From Octopus sinensis (lineage: Eukaryota), in the NCBI RefSeq assembly GCF_006345805.1, contig NC_042997.1, positions 38,378,001 to 38,442,000 of the forward strand: 64,000 nt of DNA, written 5' to 3'. The position numbers and the translations under genes are program-made. The notes beneath the pieces are model-generated. The model was not told where the DNA came from, ran no database searches, and saw only the letters and a list, made by a program, of their open reading frames with translations. This document shows positions 24,892 to 37,295 of the stretch, piece after piece. How positions within the stretch are numbered: the stretch's first letter is position 1; each line of letters begins with the position of its first letter.

Positions 24892-25060
24892 CCGGGAAGA
24901 TTTACGAAAATAAACAAAAGACGAAGGCAGGTGGAATACAAACAAACAATTGTATTAGTATGGCGCTCAGGAATATAAATAAAACAAGTCTTTTACGTTT
25001 CGAGCCTACGCTCTTGGACAGAAAGATACACAGAAAAAAAACAAGGAGGCATGCATATAT
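24890..25060 (-). mobile_element. Short dispersed repeat (probable Penelope-like terminal fragment) with hammerhead-like fold
   Basis: Homologous to 58455-58610; contains GAGC-GTAG-GCTC-GAAACGTA on the minus strand. Confidence 0.6.
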
Positions 25061-25106
25061 ACACATATACATATGTATATAAAATTATACACACACACAC
25101 ACACAT

Positions 25107-25143
<37 letters not shown>

Positions 25144-25200
25144 GCCTATATCTACATATTCATATATATATGTTTATGTAATATTATATATATATTATAT

Positions 25201-25236
<36 letters not shown>

Positions 25237-25237
<1 letters not shown>

Positions 25238-26610
25238 GAAAAAACAAGTCAAAAATAGAAAATGCTAAGATAATTTTATAGTGAATCTTCAGTACCGGTT
25301 TCGGTCATTTTGAGACCTTTTCAACTGTAACGATTAAATAATTAAATTTAGAAAAATTAGAAGAAAAGTTTTTTTAAAAGAATATTTCTATAGTAGTGTT
25401 CAGATATAAGTAGCATTCTGCCTTTCTCTGACCCTTTTTGCACTTGTGTGTTCGAGGTCGTTGTGAGTTCTTGGTAGGGTAGGTGAAGAATAAGGAGGCT
25501 GACGTGGAGAGGGGGTGGGGAAATCTGGGAATGCCTTGATGGTCGTATTTTGAATGGTCAGTGGCTGACAGCAGTCGCAGATCAATTCAGGAATTGTTTA
25601 TGGAATTTGCGTAGGCGTTATACTGAAGGACATTAGTGACAAGGTTAAGGGGTAAGAGGGGGAGAAGAAGTAGAAGAAGAAGAAGAAGAAGAAGAAGATG
25701 ACGATGTTGATGATGATGATGATGATGAAGAAGAAGAAGAAGAAGAAGAAGAAGAAGAAGAAGAAGAAGAGAAGGAAGAAGGAGAAGATGATGGTGATGA
25801 TGGTGGTGATGATGATGACGACGCTGATGATGATAATGATGATGATGAAGAAGAAGAGGAAGGAGAAGAAAAAAACAGAGAAGGGAGAATATGAATGGGT
25901 GAAGTATAGCTGTGATGGGGCTGATTAGTAATGGATTCTATGGAGTGTAATATTTGTGTGGTATATATTTTTTTATTCTAAAGTTGAGGTATATTAATTG
26001 TTTGTCGTAGACCCGTTAAGAAGTGGCCTGTATTTTGTAATAAAGAGATTTTCTTTACTTATTCGTTGTCTCGAGGTTGTATCGTCCCTAAATTGGTAGA
26101 GGGGGAAAATCATGAAGTTTGGTGTTTTTTTGTTGGCGCAAGTATCTATGTGTTGGCTAAAAGCTATTTTTCTGTTTTGGGGAATTTTTATCTGGGATCT
26201 GTGCAGGGCCATTCGTTTACGCAAACCATTTTTTGTTGGCCTATGTACTGCTCTTGACACCCGGAGCGGTGTAGTGAGTATATTAGGTCTCCGAAGCACA
26301 TGTGAAGTTGCTTTTCACTGTAAACCGTTGTTCCTGTTTGAAGGAGAACTCTGATCCCTCAATTAGATAGTCGCATATCCCGCAATGGGTCTTCCACATT
26401 TTTTTACTGTCGGCTTCTGTGTTGAAGAGTGAATCGGGCTTGTGTTAGGGAGATTTTCATGGATCTAGGCTCTCTTTTGCTTTTTATGATCGTTGTGTTT
26501 GGAGGATTGTGTTCATTCTGTGGTCTTTTTTTAGGAGGGGTATGTTGTGGAGGATGGTGCCGAAGGCTTCGTTATTGAGAGGGTTGTGTGTGGAGATGTA
26601 TGGTAAGGCT
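25237..26610 (-). mobile_element. Inverted, 5'-truncated copy of the Penelope-like element 3' end (GIY-YIG + pLTR)
   Basis: Reverse complement of ~28518-29864; ORF 25994-26299 encodes the GIY-YIG C-terminal half. Confidence 0.95.
25290..25327 (-). ncRNA. Minimal hammerhead ribozyme, U3:A8 core variant
   Basis: CAG-TTGAAAA-GGTC(tcaaaat)GACC-GAAA-CCGG-TA-CTG on the minus strand. Confidence 0.7.
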
Positions 26611-26628
26611 TAAACCGGTTAAACAACC

Positions 26629-29156
26629 ATGCTCAACAAACCCATTCCACTTACAATGATTACCAACGAAGGCCTCCTAGAACACCACACCCGAATATGG
26701 GATATCGGGATGCTCTCCTCAATACTGCTCCAAGAACACACACCATAAATCACAACAGGAGACCCCATATCAACAAAGAACAACTATATAATAGCTACCG
26801 TCCCAACCACCGCATTCATTTTTTAGACCCAATACGCAAACACAGAGACACAAGATAGCACCAAACAGCAGGAGGAACCAAAAGTAATAAAAATTATCAA
26901 TCTAACTCACAAGGAACTAACAGCAAAACCAAAATAAACATACTTTCAAAGGACTCAAGTTTACACCCACCCCACAACACCCCAACTACAACGAAATGAA
27001 AGAAGACATCGCAGAATTCTGCAGAAAATTAAGACTTACTGAGGAGCTATACGATAAATACAACGAGGACGAATCGTTAGCCAGAAATAGGAGTAACTAC
27101 ACCCCTCGAAAGGTAAGAACAAAACACTTGATGATTTCTGTGACCACATATCTAATTACCCATATCAACATATGCACAAACAAAAACACAAACCAAACTT
27201 CAGCAAAAAAGAATGGGCTGAGTTGAACAAATTAAAACAAGATAAAACAATAACAATCAAAGAGGCCGATAAAGGGAGTGCTGTTATCTTAATGGATACG
27301 ACATTTTACATAACTTTGGTACTTTCTATGCTGGAAGACACAACATACTATGAAAAGGCACAAAACTACAGTCAACAAAAAATAATGAGGGAACTAAAAT
27401 CCATATTAAACCCATACAAAGCAGGACTCACCGACAAAGAATATGATTATATGACCAATTTCACAAGTAAAACTAGCCAATTCTACGGTATACTAAGATC
27501 CACAAAAGTGAAAAAATAAGCAACGCATGCAAGATAGCTACAGACAAAATAATTAAAGTCCCTAATCCTAATGACCTCAAATTGAGACCCATAATAGCAG
27601 GTCCCGCATGCGAACCCACCGCCTCAGTAACTTTTTAGACACCCTGTTAAAACCACTCCTCAAACATGTCAAAAGCTATATAAGGGACGACTTAGATATG
27701 CTCAATCACCTACCGAATACTATAAACAAAAACACCATACTGGTATCCTTCGATGTAGTCAACCTCTACTCCAATATCCCCCACAACCTAGGACTAGAGG
27801 CAATCCAATTCTGGCTAGAGAATCACGCCAACGAACTACCACACCGCATCAAAAAAGAATTTGTGATAGAAGGGGTTAAATTCATCCTGGAAAATAACTT
27901 CTTCGCCTTCAATGACAATTCTACCGACAAAAATCGGGGACTGCGATGGGTACACGAATGGACCCCTCCTTTGCCAACCTAGTCATAGGATACCTAGAGA
28001 TCAGTCTGTATCGTAAGGTTCTAGAAAGAAAGGGCAGCCTTTCTCCATCTACTAGAAAACAACTGGAAGAGATATCTAGATGACTGTTTCATTCTTTGGC
28101 ATAAAAATATAGAAAAACTCATAGAATTCCAGGAAATTTTAAACGGACTGGACGTAAACATCCAATTCACGATGGAATATAGCCAGCAACAACTCCCCTT
28201 CCTCGATATCCTCATTAAGAAGCTAATAATATAATAGAAACAGACATATACTATAAGCCTACAGACTCTAAGCAATATCTTCCATTCAATTCATGCCACC
28301 CCAGACACACCAGGATGAATATCCCCTTCAATCTAGCAAAAAGGATATGCACTATAGTCTCAACGCAAACAACAGAGACCACACGACTACAAGAACTAAA
28401 AGATACCCTTATCACCAGGAACTATCCACCTTCACTTATTGACAAGTGCATTCAAGTGCCCTTCAACTTAACATCAAGGAACTGAGACATCCCAAATCAA
28501 AGAAAAACTTACAACCAAAAGCCTTACCATACATCTCCACACACAACCCTCTCAATAACGAAGCCTTCGGCACCATCCTCCACAACATACCCCTCCTAAA
28601 AAAAGACCACAGAATGAACACAATCCTCCAAACACACACGATCATAAAAAGCAAAAGAGAGCCTAGATCCATGAAAAGTCTCCTACACACAAGCCCCGAA
28701 TTCACTCTTCAACACAGAAGCCGACAGTAAAAAAAATGTGGAAGACCTAATTGCGGGATATGCGACTATCTAATTGAGGGATCAGAGTTCTCCTTCAAAC
28801 AGGGACAACGGTTTACAGTGAAAGCAACTTCACATGTGCTTCGGAGAACCTAATATACTCACTAACCTGCTCCGGGTGTCAAGAGCAGTACATAGGCCAA
28901 ACAAAAAATGGTTTGCGTAAACGAATGGCCCTGCCAGATCCCAGATAAAATTCCCCAAAACAGAAAAATAGCTTTTAGCCAACACATAGATACTTGCGCC
29001 AACAAAAAAAACACCAAACTTCATGATTTTCCCCTCTACCAATTTAGGGACGATACAACCTCGAGACAACGAATAAGTAAAGAAAATCTCTTTATTACAA
29101 AATACAGGCCACTTCTTAACGGGTCTACGACAAACAATAATATACCTCAACTTTAG
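26629..29156 (+). pseudogene. PLE RT-GIY-YIG polyprotein with multiple frameshifts (start uncertain)
   Basis: IINLTHKEL..KGLKFTPTP; IKEADKGSAVILMD; LRPIIAGP; LVSFDVVNLYSNIP; GTAMG; RYLDDCF; QFTME..LPFLD; CGRPNCGIC linker; LIYSLTCSGCQEQYIGQT..R..H..E..I...P.LN. Confidence 0.92.
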
Positions 29157-29773
29157 ATACAAAGAAATATATACACACACAAATATTACACTCCATAGAA
29201 TCCATTACTAATCAGCCCCATCACAGCTATACTTTCACCCTTCATATTCTCCCTTCTCTGTTTTTTTCTTCTCCTTCCTCTTCTTCTTCATCATCATCAT
29301 TATCATCATCAGCGTCGTCATCATCATCACCACCATCATCACCATCATCTTCTCCTTCTCCTTCTTCTTCTTCTTCCTTCTCCTTCTTCTTCTTCATCTC
29401 ATCATCATCAACATCGTCATCTTCTTTTCTTCTTCTACTTCTCCACCTTACCCCTTAACCTTGTCACAATGTCCTTCGTATAACGCCTACGCAAATTCCA
29501 TAAACAATTCCTGAATTGAACTGCGACGTGCTGTCAGCCACTGACCATTCAAAATACGACCATCAAGGCATTCCCAGATTTCCCCACCCCCTCTCCACAT
29601 CAGCCTCTTATTCTTCACCTACCCTACCAAGAACTCACAACGACCTCGAACACACAAGTGCAATAAGGGAGTCAGAGAAAGGCAGAATGCTACTTATATC
29701 TGAACACTACTTAGAAATATTCTTTTTTAAAAACTTTTCTTCTAATTTTTCTAAATTTAATTATTTAATCGTA

Positions 29774-29811
29774 CAGTTGAAAAGGTCTCAAAATGACCGA
29801 AACCGGTACTG
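29774..29811 (+). ncRNA. Minimal hammerhead ribozyme, U3:A8 core variant
   Basis: Core TTGAAAA 29777-83, stem II GGTC/GACC, GAAA 29799-802, palindromic stem III ACCGGT, GUA cleavage triplet, stem I CAG/CTG. Confidence 0.7.
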
Positions 29812-29894
29812 AAAGATTCACTATAAAATTATCTTAGCATTTTCTATTTTGACTTGTTTTTCATATATATCAACTCGTGTGTTCCTTTCCACCC

Positions 29895-29908
29895 TTATAC
29901 AATATATA

Positions 29909-29964
<56 letters not shown>

Positions 29965-30074
29965 CATATATATATATATAGATAAACATATATATAGTAT
30001 ATATATATGTGTGTTGTGTAAAATATATATATATATATATTAGTGTGTGTGTGTGTGTGTGTATACATAAAATA

Positions 30075-30118
<44 letters not shown>

Positions 30119-30200
30119 TATATATATATATTATAATATACGTATATATATATATATATTTATATCATATATATTCATACATATATATATAGTGTGTGGT
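29895..30200. repeat. (TA)n/(TG)n microsatellite
   Basis: Direct inspection. Confidence 0.9.
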
Positions 30201-30429
30201 GTGTGTGCGCACATATTACAGTAAGGAACTTAAGAGCGTTACCATGCCTCAGGCTCAAGCTCCGTTCTTAGAACTCAAGAGTTACCGTCTCGAAAACCTG
30301 ACAAAAGAAAATTTTAATAAGTTGATAAGTTCACTATGACACATACCCGGAGCTCCTGATCGTGAACCAACTGTCAATTTATTATATTATGTATTTATTT
30401 ACTTATATATTTATATATTCATTTATGTT

Positions 30430-30458
30430 TATATATATATACATACATACATACATAC

Positions 30459-30557
<99 letters not shown>

Positions 30558-30595
30558 CATGTGTGTGTGTGTGTGTGTGTGCGTGTCTGTGTGTG
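30430..30595. repeat. (TACA)n-(GATA)n-(TG)n compound microsatellite
   Basis: Direct inspection. Confidence 0.9.
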
Positions 30596-31393
30596 TCGTT
30601 TATCTTTTATAATTCTGTCAATGTACGAGGTCTATGATGGGGCACCGGCTTGAATGATGTAATTGAATAAATCGACGCCAATACTAATTGTTCTTACATA
30701 AACAAACCAACACCGGATACGAACTCTTTAACCATACAGGCCACATCTGCGCAATAGCCAAATCTCAAATATATCATGAAATTTTTAAAAAATGATTGAA
30801 ATGGGCAGTTGAAATATATTAGAGGCAAGAAATAAGCAACTGTTTACACATATGCTGCTGGAAAAAAAAGAAAACTGACCTTTTTGCGAGAAAAGTTGAT
30901 AGAAGAGGAGAAAACAGCAGGTGGTTTGCTGGGAATTTTTTTATTCCGTGAGAATAAGAAAGCCATTTGCATATTCGTATACAAACGACTGAGGATGTAC
31001 AATCTTGCCGAAGTATGGTGTCTTATAGTCCGCTAACGTCGCTCAGATTTTAAACACAAAGTTCATAACTGGACAAGGCAGAACGCCGTTTATGTTCAAG
31101 TGTACGGAATCGTATTAAATATAAATCAACACATATACATACACACAGATATACACGTGTTTCTGTGGATGTGTGAGCGTGTGTGTGTTTGAGTGTTTGG
31201 TGGGTGAATGTAATTTGGTAGAATAGCTAGAGCATCGGTTAAAAAGCCTTGCAATTTTTGTTCTGATACTTTGAGATCAAATTGACCACCCGTCAATTTT
31301 CCATTCTATCATTTCATCTGTGACAAATAAAATACTACTCCCCAACTGGAACCAGTTGTATTTTCCGCTTCTCACGTTGATCCCCCCTCTCTC

Positions 31394-31434
<41 letters not shown>

Positions 31435-31512
31435 CTATCCTTTCCTAACCTTCACAAGCCCGAAAATATTTGGGACACACGCACACACACACTCACACTC
31501 GCACGCACACAC

Positions 31513-31548
<36 letters not shown>

Positions 31549-32042
31549 ACTCGTGTATGATGGATGGATGGATGGATGGGTGGGGGAGCGGATGAATGCA
31601 TGTATGTATGTACGTATGTCATTATTCAGTTTTATTTCAAGATTTATTGTCAAGAGAGAGAGATCCGGTTTCTAACCCAGATCCAAAGATTCTTCATTGG
31701 AATTTCAACAACATCAGCAATGTATTTTTGTATGCATGTATGTACACTGAAACACACAAAAAAGCGATTTTTTTCAAATGCCATTTTGATATGGAAAATT
31801 CTGAAAAGCTATTTCGGGGATATAAGTGTAAATATTCCAAGACTGAGACCCAAATTGCAGGTAACCTTTCAACTTCCCCTGAAACGAGACGCCAAAACGC
31901 AGCCGCGTTGCGTGCCGTGGGTGGCAGTCGCAAGCAGTTGTCATGAAAACCGAAATGCACATGCATCTTGAGGAGGTTATGGGTATAAAAATCACCTTCA
32001 ACCGCGTTCCTGGTATTCGTAATTTGGATGGATGCGTCAGGT

Positions 32043-32535
32043 ATGACCCGATTGTCAGCAGTGCTGTGAGAACAAGCTATCAGCCGATTTCAAGTAGGGC
32101 AGTGTGCCCTGCTTGTTGCGAAAACTTACAATGTCCATGTCAGCACCATCTATCATATGCATCAGCAATACAACAACATCAACAGCACAGCATACCGTGC
32201 CTGCAGAGGGCGCCCCTGAGTGACCATGCATAGGCAGGACCACTTCATCCACCTATAATACCACCGTAATCGCTTCAGACCAGCCAGCGTGACAACTCGC
32301 GTGACCATTGGCATTGGACAGCGACTCATCAAACACGACAGAGTACGAAGTCGACTGGCCGCCAACAACCTGCGTTGCGCTCGTCCTGCTCGCGGGACTG
32401 TCCTCACCGCTCGCCACCATCAGGCACGACTACAGTGGGTTACAGAACACCGACATTGGCGACATCAACAATGGAGGTCGATAGCCTTCTCTGACGAGAG
32501 CTAGTACTGTGTTTCCACTTCGGATGGCAGTGTGT
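32043..32535 (+). pseudogene. Tc1-family transposase N-terminal remnant (paired HTH, GRP motif, first D of DDE)
   Basis: MTRLSAVL*EQAISRFQVG..VAKTYNVHVSTIY..GRP*VT..QDHFI..VRSRLAANNLR..LTARHHQARLQW..WRSIAFSDES; TATA-like GGTATAAAA at 31982. Confidence 0.85.
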
Positions 32536-32779
32536 GACTGTGAAACATGTTTTAATTTCATTATGTCAAAGATACATTTTGATAAATCTGATAAAGTCAA
32601 TTTCTTGGATGCACTTTGACCACAGTCTATGGGTTGTTGTCATGTGTTCTGGTAGTGGGCGGATCCAGCACATCGAGACTGTAGGGCGTTACATAACATC
32701 TATACACCGTCGGTACATGGAGTGAATGGGGCAGTTCACAAAAGCCATTAGCATCGAGAAGGGTAACTGTATACAGTAT

Positions 32780-32850
32780 ATACATGTATGCATGTATGTA
32801 TGTATGTACGTATGTATGTATGTATGTATGTATGTATGTGTGCATGTATG

Positions 32851-32884
<34 letters not shown>

Positions 32885-33565
32885 TGTATGCATGCATGTA
32901 TGCATGCATGCATGTATGTATGTATGTATGTATGTGTGTGTGTATGTGTCTATGTATGTATGTATGTATGTATGTGTGTGTGTGTATGTATGTATGTGTG
33001 TGTATGATGTATGTATGTGTGTGTATGTATGTATGTATGTGTGTATGTATGTGTGTATGTATGTGTGTATGTATGTATGTATGTATGTATGTATGTATGT
33101 ATATATGTATGTATGTATGTATGTATGTGTGTGTGGTATGTATGTACGTAGGTATGTACGTATATATGTATGTATGCATGCATGTATGCATGCATGCATG
33201 TATGTATGTATGTATGTATGTGTGTGTGTATGTGTCTATGTATGTATGTATGTATGTGTGTGTGTATGTATGTATGTGTGAGTGTATGTATGTATGTATG
33301 TGTGTGTATGTATGTATGTATCTGTGTATGTATGTGTGTATGTATGTATGTATGTATGTATGTATGTATGTATGTATGTATGTATATATGTATGTATGTA
33401 TGTATGTATGTGTGTGTGTATGTATGTACGTAGGTATGTACGTATATATGTATGTATGCATGCATGTATGTATGTATGTATGTATGTATGTATGTATGTA
33501 TGTATGTATGTATGTATGTATGTATGTATTATGTATGTATGTATGTATGTATGTATGTATGTATT
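32780..33565. repeat. (TATG)n/(TG)n array with internal higher-order duplication
   Basis: Rare variant GTACGTAGGTATGTACGTATATATG recurs at ~33145 and ~33425. Confidence 0.95.
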
Positions 33566-34407
33566 TGGAATATCAATCATCATAACAACCGGCACGCTAC
33601 CTAACTTCTGGCCAAAACTACAGCTACTATCATCAATATAAGCAGAAATATAGAATGATTATAATTCATTGATTTTCTTTCTTTTAATTGTAGTTTGTTA
33701 ATCTATCATACCACTTATTAGATCATTAAATCAGTTCCATATTATTTGCTTCTTCACTACAAAGATTAAGATATCTGACCTGCTGATACAAGCTTTACTA
33801 CGGTGCATGATTTTCCAGATTATTTTTAAATTGTTGCTTCGTTGTATTTCAACTTCCAGATATAAATGGCGAGGGCCTTCTTTTTCACAAATTTCTACAC
33901 TGTCAAAGTAATCTATCTTTATATGAAAGACGTCTTTAGTAGTATTCTTAACATGGGTAGATTATTTATCTAAGGCAATGCATTTCTTGAGAGCATGGTT
34001 ATTTATTTATTGTTGCAGCTGAGTGTTTCCCAGCAAATTTTACATGCCTGATAAAGAGGGATTTTCTGTTGGAGTGATTTAGTACAACACTGCCGAAATC
34101 AGAAACCACAGTTTATTTTGCTGTTAAGTTTATTTAAGCAACTTACTAAAACACCATTTTTCTATTGACAAAGATGAGTAGGTATTTATATATTTATATA
34201 TGTACTAAATCGTCCAATTTCTCTACGTTTATTTATCTACATTTTGGGTTAAGAATCAAACTGTTTTTACGATCTGTGATGATTCTGTAATCTTCACGCT
34301 TAGCTAAACATTCTACCCGGTTATCTAGCTTTAATCTGGCAGCTCTGTCCTCAGATTCGGCTTTGATACCATTATATATAAATACACACCCCCACACACA
34401 CACCATG

Positions 34408-34456
<49 letters not shown>

Positions 34457-34521
34457 ATATTAATGTATGTATGCATGTATGTATATTATATATATATATA
34501 TATATATATCATTGTGTGGTA

Positions 34522-34569
<48 letters not shown>

Positions 34570-34899
34570 CCAAAGATACTACTCTACTAGATGTAATGGT
34601 ATTTTTAATGTCTAAGTCCGGTTTACGATAAAAAATATTCATTTGAATAGATGCTTGCCACAAGTTATCATTGTTCTAACCCAAAGATATTGATTAACTG
34701 TCATTTGAGAAAAAAATTTACCTCATAAATGTTTTCACCGGTATAGTAGTCATAATATTTACATACTTTGTTTTAATAATAAGTATATTTACTCTACATA
34801 TGCTTATTATGTGAAACCAATTACATATGGGCACGTGTCTCTATATGTATAGAGGTACCTTCATATCTACTCTATGCCGGTGAAAGCAATCATCAAGTC

Positions 34900-35200
34900 T
34901 CTAGGGTAAGAAATTTACTTCCCCAAAAGATATGCTTCTGGGTTCTGTCCCATTGCATTGTACATTTGGCTGTGCCTTCTACTATAGCCTCTAGCCGACC
35001 GAAGTCTTGTGAGTGACTTCGGCAGGCGGAACCTGATACAAGCCCTTTGTGTGTGTGTGTGTGTGTGTGATCCTCGCTTGATAACCGTAGTTGTGTTTTT
35101 TACGTATTTTAGCGGCCCCTGAAAGAAACCGATAGAATATGTACCAGGCTAAAATGATAAGTACTGGTGTCGATTCGTTCGATTAAAAGTATATGGCCGC
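34900..35200 (+). mobile_element. Old diverged SINE family A
   Basis: GGGTTCTGTCCCA..CTTCTACTATAGCC..GCCGACCGAAGTCTTGTGAGTG..ACCGATAGAATATGTAC. Confidence 0.65.
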
Positions 35201-35417
35201 AGAGCTTCTGCTTTTTTTTTTTGTAAATATTGAATATTTAATAATTTAATTTAATTTTTAAGTTTGTATACCCAAAACTCATTTCAAAAAGATGTGGGGT
35301 TGAGCATAATGGAATGTTTTTACTCCATAAACGTCCTTGGTCAAATCCAACTGACTGTTAAGCAAGAGCGACAACATTACCAATGAATTTCAGAGATTAA
35401 AAACAATGTTTAACACA

Positions 35418-35457
35418 TAGGCGCAGGAGTGGCTGTGTGGTAAGTAGCTTCTTACCA
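35418..35457 (+). mobile_element. 5' part (A-box) of a SINE A split by a 2 kb insertion
   Basis: TAGGCGCAGGAGTGGCTGTGTGGTAAGTAGCTTCTTACCA; the rest resumes at 37467. Confidence 0.9.
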
Positions 35458-35952
35458 GACAGACGTGCTGTTTTTTGCTCCGGCAAATGACACGTGTTAA
35501 CGTGAATTATTGAACATTTTACGGCAACAGGTAGGATGTTTTGGATATTTTTGGAAGCATAGTGAGGTTTATTGCTTGCCGTTAATACTTTTTTGGCATT
35601 AATGTTAATTAGTGTTAACACTTTTCTGCGCGTAATAAGCTCCACTTTGCTTCGGGTGTATTTGTTCTGTCTGTTGGCGTATTTATTGTCTCACCTATTA
35701 GTGAGAATTGTGTATTTTGAAGAGGCATAGCCCCTCCTCAAAAATTAATTTGTTCGCTTGGATTTACCACGGAGAACCAAGTGTGCTGCAACTAGGAGTA
35801 CCCTGTTTCGTGAGGATTACCAGTTGCAGAACTGTGTTGCCATTATTTGAACTGTCTTCCTTCGTCCTTTTCTCTGTTCTGTCTTTCTGTTCTGTCATTG
35901 TGTTTTTTTCTTATTGGACTTTGAACTTTTAGTTGAACTTTTTTTCAAAATC

Positions 35953-37144
35953 ATGGCAACAAAAGAAACAACTACTTTGGAATGGGAGGTTGTCCCACCC
36001 AAGCAGTGGATTGAAAGTTTTGAGAAGAGGACGGTGGTCCTACGAACCTATTCTAGGTCGCGTGGAGCTATCGCCCTCTTCGACAGGAGCACCATAGAGA
36101 AAGAGTTGGGGGACCACCTACCAACGATAAAGTTTATTTCTCGGGGGAGTAAATTTGCAACGGTGTGGTTGCTGTTTGGTACCCCCGAGGAAGCTAGCAG
36201 ATTTGCTAGCGAGCCACTGGAGGGAGAGGAAATTTTGTTCCTCCCCTCGTATTGTGGCAGAAAAGTAAAAAGAGCCTGGGTTTGTGGCTGCCCCCGGGCA
36301 CGGAGGCGGAATGGATCGAGAAGACCATCCGGCGAGGCCTGGGGGATAGCGGACCCAGGCTACTGAGTGTGAAAATGGCTCCCGCGGTCGCCTGGGAGGG
36401 GTCAAAGGCAACTTTGACCCTGTGGACACCGGTGGCCGTGGGAGAAATGAAATTCCTGGACTTCCTGAGATGGCTGGGCACAGGTACCCGGTGATACTCG
36501 AGGGACGTCCCCCCAAGTGTCACCTGTGCCTGAAGCCCGGACATATCAAGAGGAATTGTCCCGGGGCCGTGGTGGTGCCCGACATGAAGGGGAAAAGGCG
36601 CCCGCCGCCCCCTCATTTGAGGGAGAGACGGTGGAAGTCGTGGAGGAGGTTGCCTCCACGAAAAGAAAGAGACAGGCGAGCAACAATGGCTGCTCGCCAA
36701 AGAACGCTCAGGTGGCGGAGGGAATAGCGATCCTCCGTGTCTGGTGACGGAGTCCCCTGGGTCAGCAGTCTCCCCCAAAAAGAGGAGAAAAAGAAAGAAA
36801 GGTCGGGCGGCTGATATCCATGAGCCGCAGACGTTGGCGGGAACTGTGCCGCCAACGAAAGAACTGAACGTATTGGTCCTCTTCTATAGAGGAGGAGAAA
36901 TTGAAAAAAAATGATGGAAGAGTACCACAAGGGAGCTCCTTTAGACTTCACACAGGACCCCGAATGGCCTTCGCAGATAGCTGTGGAGGCCGTGGCGTTC
37001 GATGTGACGCTTGGGCTAAAGGAGCTCAATGAAGATTATAGCTTGGTCCCGGGCGACGCGAACTCGGAACTTGATTACGTTCTGAGGGAGGCGTGTATGA
37101 TGGTGGAGGACGCGGGCACAAGCTATTTCGAGGACGATATGTAA
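35953..37144 (+). pseudogene. Gag-like ORF1 (~390 aa if frameshifts are repaired) with a single CX2CX4HX4C zinc knuckle
   Basis: MATKETT.. start; CHLCLKPGHIKRNC at 36518-36559; basic linker and acidic C-terminus ..SYFEDDM*; spread over several frames. Confidence 0.8.
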
Positions 37145-37160
37145 TTATTGAACTGTTAGT

Positions 37161-37295
37161 ATTAATAATGGACTGCTAAGTCCAAAAACTGGAAAATTGA
37201 AAGAGGTTTAATACCTCGTTTTGCATTTTTATTAATAATGGACTGCTAAGTCCAAAAATTGGAAAAATTGTTAGAGGTTTATACCTCGTTTTGTG
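37161..37295 (+). repeat. Tandem duplication of a ~70 bp two-hairpin unit in the 3' UTR
   Basis: Units start at 37161 and 37231; hairpins TGGAC-tgctaa-GTCCA and GAGGT-ttaat/ttat-ACCTC. Confidence 0.9.

Larger units (their letters stand above)
26611..29864 (+). mobile_element. Penelope-like element, probably Neptune clade
   Basis: PLE-type RT, Cys-rich linker and GIY-YIG; 3' pLTR with (CTT)/(ATC) repeats and hammerhead; ends at (TA)n. Confidence 0.92.

Noticed and set aside
30215-30380. Short protein-like stretch resembling a LINE C-terminus
   Set aside because: Too short and diverged to assign
33860-34115. Two short candidate exons with acceptor-like sites
   Set aside because: Weak donors, an in-frame stop in the second, and no recognisable protein
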